From: the human T2T-CHM13v2.0 reference genome, Homo sapiens
Assembly (NCBI RefSeq): GCF_009914755.1
Contig: NC_060928.1
Length of the DNA stretch: 64,000 nucleotides
Reading direction: 5' to 3' (one strand)
Shown: in pieces, positions 1 to 35,784 of the stretch
How the letters are laid out: every line of letters starts with the position of its first letter
Numbering within the stretch: the first letter of the stretch is position 1
Program-made: the position numbers and the translations under genes
Notes under the pieces: model-generated
Told to the model about the DNA's origin: nothing
What the model saw: the letters and a program-made list of their open reading frames with translations, nothing else
Databases searched by the model: none

Positions 1-140
1 CCACCAGCCCTGCCTGACGGGACACTGAGGCACAGGGTTGAGGAGGACTCCCCTGGCAGCCCCTCCAGCAAGCGTGGGGCAGGTTCCCGCTCCAAGCCTG
101 AGTCAGATGCCCATGTCAGGGCACGGCCCACACTGCCTCT

Positions 141-205
141 CATGTACATATACGTATATATACATAAATACAGACTGCACACATATGTACATACATATAT
201 ATATT
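141..205. repeat. Degenerate (TA/CA)n microsatellite
   Basis: catgtacatatacgtatatatacata...catacatatatatat. Confidence 0.7.
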
Positions 206-292
206 CTCCGACAGAGCACACTAGTGGCCACAATCGGAACAAAAGGGGCACCCGCAGTGGTGCCAGACATGGGGTGCAGCCCCGAGCCCTAC

Positions 293-381
293 CTGCGTGG
301 ACACCAGGCCGGCTGCGTAGTCCGGGGTGGCGTTCTCCACCACCGTTTCCTCCTTGGCCGGCTTCTCCACCACCTCCGCAT
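293..381 (-). CDS. NELFA: NELFA coding exon 7 (DAEVVEKPAK...GLVSTQ); the gene continues beyond the window start
   Basis: Acceptor CCACAG|AT; donor CAG|GTAGGG; 89 nt; cumulative CDS 924 nt = 308 codons. Confidence 0.96.
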
Positions 382-630
382 CTGTGGACAAAACAGGAGT
401 CCTCGCCAGTGCCCGGGCGCGTCTGCAGTGTCAGCTCAGGGCAGCGGCAGGGAATCAAACAGCTTCCCAGGGGAGGCCACCAAGGAGCGAGGAGAAAAGC
501 AGGCACCCACCCACGGAGAGCAGCCTCACGGGGCACAGCCCTGCCCGCCGAGCGTGGGCACAACCCACCCCAACTGGGCAGGGCCCGCAGGGACCCCCAT
601 TGCCGCCGACACGCAGGCCCCAACCCCCAC

Positions 631-700
631 CGAGAGTCTTCCTTCTCCGCTTCGCCTCTCGGCCAGCGCCAACCATATCCAGCTCAGAGATGTCCAGCAG
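631..700 (-). CDS. NELFA: NELFA coding exon 6 (LLDISELDMVGAGREAKRRRKTL, basic NLS-like stretch)
   Basis: Acceptor TTGGCAG|CTG; donor TCG|GTGGGG; 70 nt. Confidence 0.96.
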
Positions 701-788
701 CTGCCAAGACAAGCACAGCCCTGCCTTAGTGACGGCACCAGGGCGCAACGGGCCCCGGGGTGCCACAGGAGCTGGGGGACGGGCCTAC

Positions 789-919
789 CTTCACACCTCG
801 TTCCTTCCGCAGCAGCGTCCTGGAAGGCGGGATGGGGGTCCGGTTCCCTGTGGGGCTGAAGACGCTGGGCGCCGTGGGGCTTCTGAAGGGCGCCTGCTTC
901 GGGATGCCTTTGAGTGGGG
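789..919 (-). CDS. NELFA: NELFA coding exon 5 (TPLKGIPKQ...KERGVK)
   Basis: Acceptor CCTCCAG|CC; donor AAG|GTAGGC; 131 nt, phase 1 to 0. Confidence 0.96.
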
Positions 920-994
920 CTGGAGGACGGCAACAGTCAGGGCGCCAGCAGCAGTGACCGGCAAACGTCCCCCACCCCGAGCTCAGAACGTCCC
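901..994 (-). ncRNA. MIR943: pre-miR-943 (mature CUGACUGUUGCCGUCCUCCAG at 940-920)
   Basis: The reverse complement (GGGACGUUCUGAGCUCGGGG...GGCAUCCC, 94 nt) matches my recollection of hsa-mir-943, which is hosted in NELFA. Confidence 0.85.
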
Positions 995-2117
995 ACCCTC
1001 TTCTAGGCTAGCGCCGCAGAGGGGAAGGGCCAAACCCCTGGCGGGCAGCGGGCAGGACCCCCAGGATCCCGGACCTCAAGGAGCAGGGGAACGCCTGGAG
1101 CCACGACCTCACACTTTGCCAAGACACCAAACAAAGACAGCGGCACCCCAGCCCAGCCACAGGATCTCACCAGGTGGAGTCTCTCACCAGTGTGGCGGGG
1201 GCTGAGCTCTGCCTCCTTCCTGTGCCTCCACCGGCAGGGGCATGAAGCCAGGCGCCTGGGCTTGAGGGCCGCCCTCCCAAGCCTTCTCCCCCTGTCCCCT
1301 GAGGACACTCCTGAGGCCTACCTACGCTGTTACCCACCAGCGCCCACACGCACCCTCCAAGGCGTGCGTGGCTCTCATGGTGCCAGGCCCGGAGAGAGGA
1401 CGCCCGGGGGATGGTGCCATCAGCACACCGGGCCAGGCTGGACACACTGCTCAACGGCTGGCCCACCCTCCCTGGGCCAGCAGGTGCAGCCCTGGCCCTG
1501 GGATGCCTGGTGGGGGTGGAAAGACAAGGGTCTGCTCCAGGCGGGGTAGAGGAGAGCAAGGTGGAACCTCGGCTGCGGTGGGCAGGAACATGACCCAGGG
1601 ACGGCCCCCCACACAGCGACAATAGTCAGCAGACCCAAGATGCCTTCTACTAGGTCCCATGTGAACACTGTGGGATTATGGGAGCCCAAATAAACTAAGC
1701 CAGGCTGGTCTGGGAGCTGCATGGAGAGCGCCTGTAAGGCTGCCCTTTCAGCCCCACCCATCTGCAAGTTTACCCAGCTGTCTCAGCACAGGACGACACC
1801 CGTCCTGCCCTCTGGCCCCCAGGTCACTATCCAGCACCCTCTGGGGTGAGTATGCCCTGCCATGGTTCCCAGGGGCACGCCGTCTTCCTGTGATCAGGGT
1901 GCATCCTGCTTAAGCTCACGCCCAGCCCTGAGAGCACAAATCAGGAAGGGCAGATGGAGGGGTGCGGGGGGCACAGCCCCACGGGCAGCTGAGCACGGTC
2001 ACGTCCTCCCCGCGGAGCCGCCCAGGGACACTCGGAACCCAAGAGCAGCACTTGGGGCCGAAAGCCCGAGCTGGGAAGGCCGAGAGCCACCGGTGCCAAC
2101 AGCAGAGGAGCAGGGGC

Positions 2118-2239
2118 CAGCACTGTCCTCAGATCCCGGCCTTCCTGTCTCCATGCCCAGCGGTGTCCTCAGATCCCGGCCTTCCTGTCTCCGTGCCCAG
2201 CACTGTCCTCAGATCCCGGCCCTCCTGTCTCCGTGCCCA
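2118..2239. repeat. Minisatellite, 3 x 40 bp, in NELFA intron 4
   Basis: Unit CAGCACTGTCCTCAGATCCCGGCCTTCCTGTCTCCRTGCC starts at 2118, 2158 and 2198. Confidence 0.92.
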
Positions 2240-2436
2240 CACATCCTCCCAGGGAGCTCCCCAAGGGGAGAAGCCGGTGAAATTGCCCCAGTGCCTTCGC
2301 TTTCCCACGGGCTCCCAACACTGCTGCCTGAAGACCATTCACAGGCACCACCTCCCCAACAGGGAGCGGGTCTCCAGGTGAAGCCCTTAGCTCTGCCCCA
2401 AAAGCAAGGCTCACGGCACCAGGGTGGGGGCCTTAC

Positions 2437-2526
2437 TGGTGGTGTCCATCTTCCGCAGCAGCCCCCGGCCCTTGGCGTGGAAGGGCACCCCGGCGCTCCG
2501 CTTCAACTGCTGGGCGGTCTCCGTGG
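2437..2526 (-). CDS. NELFA: NELFA coding exon 4 (STETAQQLKR...KMDTT)
   Basis: Acceptor CTTCCTTCCAG|CC; donor CCA|GTAAGG; 90 nt. Confidence 0.97.
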
Positions 2527-3465
2527 CTGGAAGGAAGAGGTCACATATGTCAGGGATCCTCAGAGCGAGAGCCCTTGGCCCTTGTAAAAACATCTCTGTC
2601 AAGTGGATTCATCCGACGGCCTGAGCCGTGAACGCTGCATTCTCTCTAAATGAGCAGCTGTTCCGAGCCGGGCCTGACACCAGCTCGCACTTTACAACGA
2701 GTCAGAAACTCACTCAGGTGAGCAAGTTTCGGGAGCTGGGTGGCTGTGGCTGCACCTCCCAGGACCCCATGGCAGGGGGGAGGCAGCCGAGGAGGAGCTG
2801 AGGGACCTCATGAGCCCTCTCCATCGACCCGGGCCTCCCCCTGGCCCAGTGGTAGCACCGTCCTCGCTGAGGGTCAGCAGGCACGGTCTAGATACAAAAA
2901 TATGAGGAAGAAACAAACGAAGAGATATTCCTGACTTGGTTCAGTGTGGCTGAAGGGTCAGGGGACACCGAGTGCCCAAAGCAGACCCTGTGGCCACTGC
3001 TGGCCTCCAAAGGGGGTGGGGCCCAAGGGGCCAGCAGAGTCCTTCCTGGGCTACCCAGTGGGCCCGGGGCTGCACGGAGCCTCCCGGACAGCGCTGGGCC
3101 CTGGCTGCTGCCCGTTCCAGCCAAGATCCATGCACAGCTGCTGTCAGCCTTTTATTTGGATTCTCTGGAAACGGGGTATTGATGTACATTATAAATATTA
3201 ATTCCATAACCATTCAAAATAAAACGATGTTATTGAAATCTTTGTCGTGCTTTGGGAAAACGTTAACTGAAATGATTAAATATCTTTCAAGTGGAATTGA
3301 GATCACCCGCCACTCCAGAAGGCAGCAACGTGAGAGTAAGGAACGTGCCCCTCCAGCCATTCACCCTGGCACCCACCGTGCCCAACAGCGTGACTCAGCT
3401 GGCACAGAGTTCATTTGGTCACAGAGATTAGAGATGCCTTCACCTAAAATTCTGAAGTTGGTGGG

Positions 3466-3771
<306 letters not shown>

Positions 3772-3855
3772 TGAAGTTTTTAAAGCATGTTTTCAGAACA
3801 TAAAGTTTAATATAGTGATAAACTTCTAACAAAAAACTTTATGCAGAACTTTATC

Positions 3856-4124
<269 letters not shown>

Positions 4125-4226
4125 CAGAACGCCACCTTGAAGGGGCAGTCTTGGTACCTTAGAACCTAAGAAACCTATGACTGGAAACTACAAAGACAAT
4201 GCCCGATGGCGGCCGCGGCCACTCAC

Positions 4227-4388
4227 ACTTCTGCAGCAGCTCCGCCCGCAGCGTGGCGCTCTTGGGTTTCCGCTTTAACTGAAAATGCTTCACCGGGGGA
4301 GTGAGGGGTCCCGCGAGGGTCGTCAGGGCGTTTTTGTTCAAGTACTGGCACTCCAGTGGCAGCATGGCAGACGCTTCACACTCACCCA
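4227..4388 (-). CDS. NELFA: NELFA coding exon 3 (VGECEASAML...AELLQK)
   Basis: Acceptor GGCAG|TG; donor AAGT|GTGAGT; 162 nt, phase 1 to 1. Confidence 0.97.
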
Positions 4389-5008
4389 CTGCCGGTAAGA
4401 ACCACATGAAGTTAGGGGCGCCCAGGCCGCAGACCTCCCGGCTGAGAGGAGCTGGCGGCTGCCCAGCCCCACACCCTCCTCAGTTAGGGTTAGGTCATGG
4501 GAGCTTCGGCTGTCCCCTGAGGTCCTCGAGACTGACTCCCCACGGCTCCAGCAGAACACCCAGGAGCATTTGCAGAACAGGAATGCCTGAGAGGCGGGCA
4601 TGCCTTGAGAGGGCTGTAAACTGGAAACCTCTGGCACCGCGGACACCAAGAACCACAGGCGGACATAGATACAGTGATTCCTGGAGGGCTCCAGACACTT
4701 GTAGAACATGAAATGTTAACAGATCCCACCCCCACGTAAGAAGGACCCCCGATCTGTGGCTTCTCTCTTCCCGTCCCCGAGGGTAGCCAGGCTGGTGGTC
4801 TCTCCTGGAACCCTGGCCCTCATCCAAACTGCCCACATCCATTTCCTCAGCCTGTGTGCTCACCCACGGTTCAGATCCCAGAAACTGCCCCACGAGGGAC
4901 AGGCGACCTCCCACCTGAACTGGCTACGTGCCCCACCTGGAGAAAAAGCACAGGCAGGCACATGAGAGTTCACCGGCCTCAGCCTTCCTGCCCGCGGGAC
5001 ACTCCTGA

Positions 5009-5620
<612 letters not shown>

Positions 5621-6062
5621 TGAATATTTTCTAAGTGACTTTCAGTTCACATTTAAACAACTAAATCGTTGATATTTTCAACATGCATTTCTGAGCATGT
5701 ACTCTGGGCCAGGGAATGCTCTGGGCCCTAGAACCTAGGATCTACAGATACCACCTGAATGGGCAGAGCCCCTACCCTCACGGAGCCGACCAGAGAGAGA
5801 CGGCGAGTGGCGTGACACAGCCTCCCACTGACACCGCAGCAGTGAGGATGGGGCCTGTGGGCTGTTTGGAGTTTGTTTTCAAAGATGGCAAAAGCCAGGC
5901 AGCAGCTTACGGGGGAGGATGGTGCATATACAGTTAATATTCTAGGGACCAGGACACACGGAAAAACGTAAAGGTCTAAAAATCAAATTCATTTCAGAAA
6001 AAAATTTTTCAAGAAAGATCCATTTCCCTCCACCCAACATGAATTAAAGCAGCACAACATAC

Positions 6063-6234
6063 CCTTTTCTCTAAGTTCTCCCAAAATATCCTGAACGTTG
6101 GGATTCTGCTCCTCCAGCTCCAGGTTAAGCGAGCCTGTGTCCGGAAAGGACTTCAAGATGTCGGCGACCATGAGCACCCAGGGGTCCGAGTCGAGGCTGG
6201 CGAGCTGGATGATCTCCATTAGGGCGCCCTTCAT
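6063..6234 (-). CDS. NELFA: NELFA coding exon 2 (MKGALMEIIQ...GELREK)
   Basis: Acceptor TTTTGCAG|ATG; donor AAGG|GTATGT; 172 nt, phase 0 to 1; peptide visible in ORF 5989..6483. Confidence 0.97.
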
Positions 6235-7819
6235 CTGCAAAATAGGATGCTGCCGGCGCCACCATGCCCCTGCCCACTTCCAAGCCCACTCCCTGCTGAG
6301 CTTCCGGATGGGCACTGGGCAGTGGCCGGGCTCTCTGGCAGTTGCCCCCAACACTTCCTCCTGAGGGCTCCCCTTCCTCTGAGCCCCCCGCCTCACCCCA
6401 GGGCCACCTTGCTTCCCTGAGCAGCACAGCCTCTGCCAGGTTGCAAGGCCCCGGCATCCGGTGCCCTCCCAGCAGCCTCCCACCTCCCAGCAGCACCCAG
6501 TCCACTGGGCCTACTCTTCCACCGGTGCGCAGATGCAAGAAAACCTGAAGGGTGAGAAGCCGGGGCCACCACTGCTCCCGCAGAAAGCCTGCGGGTGGGA
6601 AATCCTGGGGATGAGGGGCGTAGAGCAGGCAGGTGCCCGGCACAGCAGAGCGCAGGAGCAGGGTGGAGTCACCTGCCGCGGGGGTGTGTGCCTGGGCAGC
6701 AGGGGGTGGGGCCTGGGACCTGGGGCAGCACCCGTGACAGCTGAGCTGGTGCCTAGTCACCATCTAGGCAGGGACGGCTGCCTCTGGGTCTGGACGGCGC
6801 TGGGAGTTGGCGCTCGTGGAGCCTGGAGGTGGCCCCGGGATCTGGAGTGAGGCCAGGGCCTTGGGGAGGCCATGGGCGACGTGCGTGGAGGAAGCAGGCG
6901 CACCCCGTGCTCCCTCAATACCTGGGAGGCCAGATCCATCCACACCAGGGCCTGCTTCGGCCACATAAACCCCCTCCCACGAGGAAACGCAGAGAGCCAG
7001 GCCATGGCGTGCCTGTGCCTCTGCCATGCGCCCACTGGGCTGCTCACAGTGTGAGACAGCTGGGCTGGCTGGCGCTGGGGGTGAACAACAGCGCCCTGCC
7101 CTGTCCAGACGCCGGGGCTGAAACCCCAGCCCCAGGCCTTCCTGACACCCACTCCCTGCGTCAGGCGCCAGAGACCCGTCCTACGAGGGCTGCGGCCATC
7201 ACGTCCCCGCGAGCGCCGCCTCCTGGTGGCCTCTGAGTGGGAGGACCTTCCAGCGCTTCCCTCACTGTCCTCATGGGCTTCCTGCCCTGAGGGAAGTTGG
7301 CTCGAAGGGCAGAGATCAGAGGTCGTGCCAGGGGAGCCTGCCTGCTGCCAAGCCCCTCTGCATCTGCCCTGCAGGACACCCAGCTGCCCTCAGGAGTCAA
7401 GAACCCCCCGCGTGGCCCAGCCCCTTCTGTTCCTTGGGCAACCAGGGAGGGTGTCGCCCCGGCCGCTGACCCTGCGCCCCGGGCCCTCACTCCCGACGCC
7501 CGCCCGAGCTGAGTGCGCGATGCGGCAGAAGATGCTACGTGGCTGCAGGAAGCGCTGCGCACACGCTGCCTCTGGCAGCCGCACAGCCCGGCTGTTTCCA
7601 GCCAGTGCGGCCTCTCCACAGCAGCCCCAGGGAAACCCTACGCCTGCCAAGAGGCAAGCGCGCGGCATTTTATAAAAATGGTAAGGATAAAAAAAGTCGG
7701 GGATGTTAATTTAAAACAAAAAGGACCACTGTTGTGGAGTCAATGTTTTCTCTCCAGAACGCGCATGTTGAAGCCTGGCTCGCTCTACTGGGGCTTCTTG
7801 TAGGAAAACGCTTGGCTTT

Positions 7820-9402
<1,583 letters not shown>

Positions 9403-9469
9403 TTACAAAACCAGTGAACTGGTTGTAGAATTTCATTCAGAAACACAAGTTGTAGCAGATGCCATGCAT

Positions 9470-9856
9470 AAGGTTAACCTTATGTGTCAACTTGACTGGG
9501 CCATGGGGCACCTGGACAGTTAGTCCCTCATGATTCCAGGTGTGTCTGTGAGGATGTTTCTACATAAGACTAACATCTGAATTGTACTGAGTGAGGCGAG
9601 GGCCCTCCCTACTGCTGAGTGGGTCTCATCCAATCAACTGAAAACCAAAGCAGAACAAAAATGCTGAGTAAGGGGAACTCCTGCCTGTTTGAGCTGGAAG
9701 ATTGGTCTTTTCCAGCCTTCAGACTCTGGCTGAAACATCAGCTCTTCCTGGGTCTTGAGTCTCAGGGCTTACATCACTGGCTCTCCTGGTGTGTGTGCAT
9801 GTATGTGTCTATATACCCTCTTGGTTCTGTTTCTCTGGAGAACCCTGACTGATACA
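9470..9856 (+). mobile_element. MLT2-type (ERVL) LTR
   Basis: Starts GGTTAA..TTATGTGTCAACTTGACTGGGCCA and ends GGTTCTGTTTCTCTGGAGAACCCTGACT.ATACA. Confidence 0.8.
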
Positions 9857-9899
9857 CTGTGGAACACATCCAGCCCAGTCATCTAGTCACCCTGTATCT

Positions 9900-22330
<12,431 letters not shown>

Positions 22331-23267
22331 CAAAAGCAATTACAACCTATAATAGCTAATAATACATCAGTAGCCAGGAACGTTTAAACAACCATGGGGC
22401 TTCAATAGTCTGCAAAACTACTCGGTTTATTTCGCACGGAAAGCGATACAATATAAAGTTTAGGAAAAAAGAAAACAAACCTCACACACCCACTTATTGG
22501 AATGACGCAAAACGGCGTGTAGAAAAGAGTAAAACGGACACAGAGCGCTCCGGACGGCCGGGGTCTTTGCGAGGTGAGAACAAGAAAATCCAGTCAGCGG
22601 ACACTGGAGCTACCGAGCCCAGGCCGCCCCTTCCTCACGCGGGGGTTTCTCTCGGGATCCCCGCCCTCGCCCAGGTCACCAGGGCTGCGTCCCCGACGGG
22701 AAACCCCGATGGGAGACCCCGCTGGGGCCGGCGCACCCCCGCTCCAAGAGTCGGTCGCTTCGGCACGGTGGGGGATTAGGGTGGTGAGGACCGAAGGCGG
22801 GGGAGGCGGGGGCGGGTGGGGATGAGTACCCGGGGGCCCAGGGAGGGGAGTGAGGACCTGGGGGTCGTAGCGAGAACCCGGGGCCCGGCGGGGAGGAGAT
22901 TGAGGATCCCAGGGGAGGTGAAAACTTGGGTAGGGGTGAGGACGAAAAGTAGGGAGGTGAGGACCCTAGTGGGGGATTCCCAGGGGGCGAGGAGGGGCGG
23001 GGGGTCCTGAAGACCCACGGTGGGGATGAGAACCGAGGTGGGAGATGAGGATCGAGGCGGGGGATGAGGACCCAGGGGGAGGTGAGGACTGGAGGGAGGT
23101 ATTCGGAGGAGCGAGGAGGGGGCGTGAGGGCGGGCCGGGGGGGTTAACAGTCTGAAGGGGGATGGGAAGGTTGGGGGAGGGAGCGAGGAGGGTCCGGAGT
23201 TGGGTGTGCGGGTCGGAGGTGGGAAGGTTGGGAATCTGGGGGCCGCGGGGCGCCACGCCTGCCTTAC

Positions 23268-23477
23268 CTCGTCCACCGTGCGGCGCGGGAGGTGCAGCGT
23301 CCCGAGTAGCAACTTGAGCTTCACTGCCGACGAGAGGCCATGGAAGCAGAGACGGATGTTGTCGATGACCGCGGCCGTGAGCAGGGACGCGATGCTGGGC
23401 GGCGCCCACAGCTCGTCCGTGGCCCCCAGCTTGTTGTGCAGCCACAGGCCCGTGTCGCTCTCCCGCATGGACGCCAT
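23268..23477 (-). CDS. NELFA: NELFA coding exon 1 (MASMRESDTG...RRTVDE, aa 1-70); an upstream in-frame ATG at 23510 would add 11 aa
   Basis: Translation matches the NELF-A N-terminus; 210 nt; donor GAG|GTAAGG at 23268/23267; start context AAGATGG. Confidence 0.97.
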
Positions 23478-23793
23478 CTTGGGGGAAAGCGCGCGCCGCT
23501 GCCCCGGCATCTTATGAAGACACCTACGCGTCCCTCGCTAGGACCCCAACATGGCGGCGCCCGTCGGGCTGCGGGCCGCAGAGGCGGCGCAGGTGGCGCG
23601 GTCCCACGAGCGGGGCTTCCCGGGAGAGCGCTTCTGGGTGGCGACCGCGTCTCCGGGTAGCGGCCGCGTCTTCGGGAAGCTTTGTGGCAAAGCCGAGAGC
23701 CGGAAGGACGGGGTGCCGCTGAGCAAGGACTATCGGCTTCCGTAAAACATCATGGCGGCGCCCTCTGCTGGCTCTCGGGAAGACCGCAAAAAA

Positions 23794-23801
23794 TGACGTC
23801 A
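23794..23801. promoter_or_regulatory. Full palindromic CRE (TGACGTCA), CREB/ATF site
   Basis: Exact consensus about 300 bp upstream of the NELFA start codon, inside the CpG island. Confidence 0.7.
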
Positions 23802-24900
23802 CGAGCAGGCGCGCGTATTCGCGTCTTGGGAGCCCGGGCTGCGGCCTGGCATTCGCAGTGCAGGTGTCAAGCGCCGCAGACTTGCTGCTCGCGCGGTGGG
23901 GCGGAGGCTCCCTGTGGCACCTGCCCCGCTGTCCGCTCTTCGCTTTTTCCCCGCTTGGGTCTCGGCGCGGACCGTGTGGACGCCCCGCCCCCGCGGGCCC
24001 AGCACCTGCACGGAGAGGAGCCGCGGCCCTGCGGAGCGAGCCTGCGGGATCCCGGTCGCAGCGCTGAGCTTCCGTCCCCCGCTGAGCCCGCTCTGCCCGT
24101 GGCGCGCCGCCGACGGGGCTGCGCTGAGCATGCGGGTCGGAGGGCGCTCGGGAGCTGTCCAGGGGCACTCGTGACCCCACAGTGCAGGGAGGCCCCGGCC
24201 CCCAGTCGGGCTGGAGCCGCCAGGCAGGAGCCAGTAGTGAACTTTTCAGTTTTAAAAGCTTGTCATTAGATACAAACATGAGTAAAAGTTAAACTTCATT
24301 TTATTAAATTCGTTTTACCCTTTTGTCTTTTTGACGAGGCCTTCCTATGTTGGCCAGGCTGGTCTCAAACTCCTGGGCTCAAGCGATCCGCCCGCCCGCC
24401 TCTGCCTCCCAGAGTGCTGGGGTTACAGGTCGGGGCCGCCTTGCTTGGCTTCTGTATTATATCTTTTTTTTAAAAGATCTTTTCCTTATTGTTCCACTGC
24501 CATGCTCCTGCCGCCGTTCACAGCTATTGCCACTGGGCGGTGGGAACGCCGGGAGAACAGGGCTCAGCCCAGCTGCTAGCAGTGCCCTGGCCCTGGCGGC
24601 TTGAACTTGGCAGTCCTGCGGAAGTCACACGGGGGAAACCCGCAAATGCTACAAATCAGTGCTGGAGCGGTGGTTTTGTTGATTGCTTAAACTGAAGAAA
24701 GTGATAGAGAAAATGTTGATGATAAAGATTAAACTTAAAACTGTCATGTCGACAACCGTTACATTGCAAATAGCACATAAAATTTAAGAGAATATTTTTT
24801 AAATGATTCAAAAGTGTCGAATTCAGCAAAGACAAGTTATTGACTAATGGGTGAAGTTGTGACATCAGTGGGGCTAGTGCTGAAAGAAGTTTAATGATTA

Positions 24901-29700
<4,800 letters not shown>

Positions 29701-29752
29701 ACCGTCCCTGTGCTCCTCAGAGGAGCCTTACTTGTCAAGATGAATTATCTTT

Positions 29753-30219
29753 CAGGGCCAGGGCCCGGGCAAGGGGAGAGAGCTGAGGGAGGCTTAACAG
29801 GGGTCAGAACACTCAGCCATCACAACAAATGGTATTTGAATGCAATATTTTAAAAACTCAAAATCAATGCCAGAAAAAATCAATGATAAACAACATACTG
29901 AAATTTTAAACAAAGACAGATAGTAACAGTGCCATGTCAAGCCATATTGGAGCTGAGGCAAGAAAACCAATCAGTGATACTGATGCTGTCTTCATTTAAA
30001 ATTTTATATTTTGTTCACCATAGTTTTTTTGCATGAGTTTTGACTCTTTAAGGTAGTGTATTAAAATATTTACCTTTTAAAATATTTTTTCTTTTAAATT
30101 ATTTTCCTTTTATAGGAGCTACTAATTGAAAAATATTTATCTTAATAACTATTTTGGAACCTCCTGAATATTTTGCCCAAAGCAAGTGCTTCACATACGT
30201 CACCCTAATCACAACCCTG
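29753..30219. mobile_element. Palindromic hAT MITE (MER96B-like)
   Basis: CAGGG...CCCTG termini; long internal inverted arms (e.g. AATTTTAAACAAAGACAG / CTGTCTTCATTTAAAATT) around the core GCCATATTGGAGC. Confidence 0.7.
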
Positions 30220-30340
30220 TTTCTCTTAATTCGCTGTGAATTTCTTTAAAATTTGCACCTCTGATTATGAGTGAATTGTCCTATAATTTTATTTGTATAT
30301 ATTCATTTTTATCTAGATTGGGAATTATGGCTTTCTAGCC

Positions 30341-35722
<5,382 letters not shown>

Positions 35723-35784
35723 TTATTTTTTAAATAACAGCTTTATTGAAGAATAATTTATATATTAAAAATTTACCCTTTTGG

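Larger units (their letters stand above)
22530..24230. promoter_or_regulatory. NELFA CpG-island promoter
   Basis: Dense CpG around exon 1; YY1-type ATGGCG motifs at ~23471-23480 (-), ~23548-23559 and ~23749-23760; ETS CCGGAAG at 23700-23706. Confidence 0.9.

Noticed and set aside
38-1205. Long plus-strand ORFs (273, 195 and 292 aa)
   Set aside because: Antisense shadows of NELFA exons in GC-rich, stop-poor DNA; low-complexity P/A/G/R composition.
2118-2239. CRISPR-like array
   Set aside because: Head-to-tail repeats without unique spacers, in eukaryotic DNA.
22776-23267. Pro-rich continuation of the 244-aa NELFA ORF
   Set aside because: Read-through past the strong exon 1 donor into the C-rich intron.
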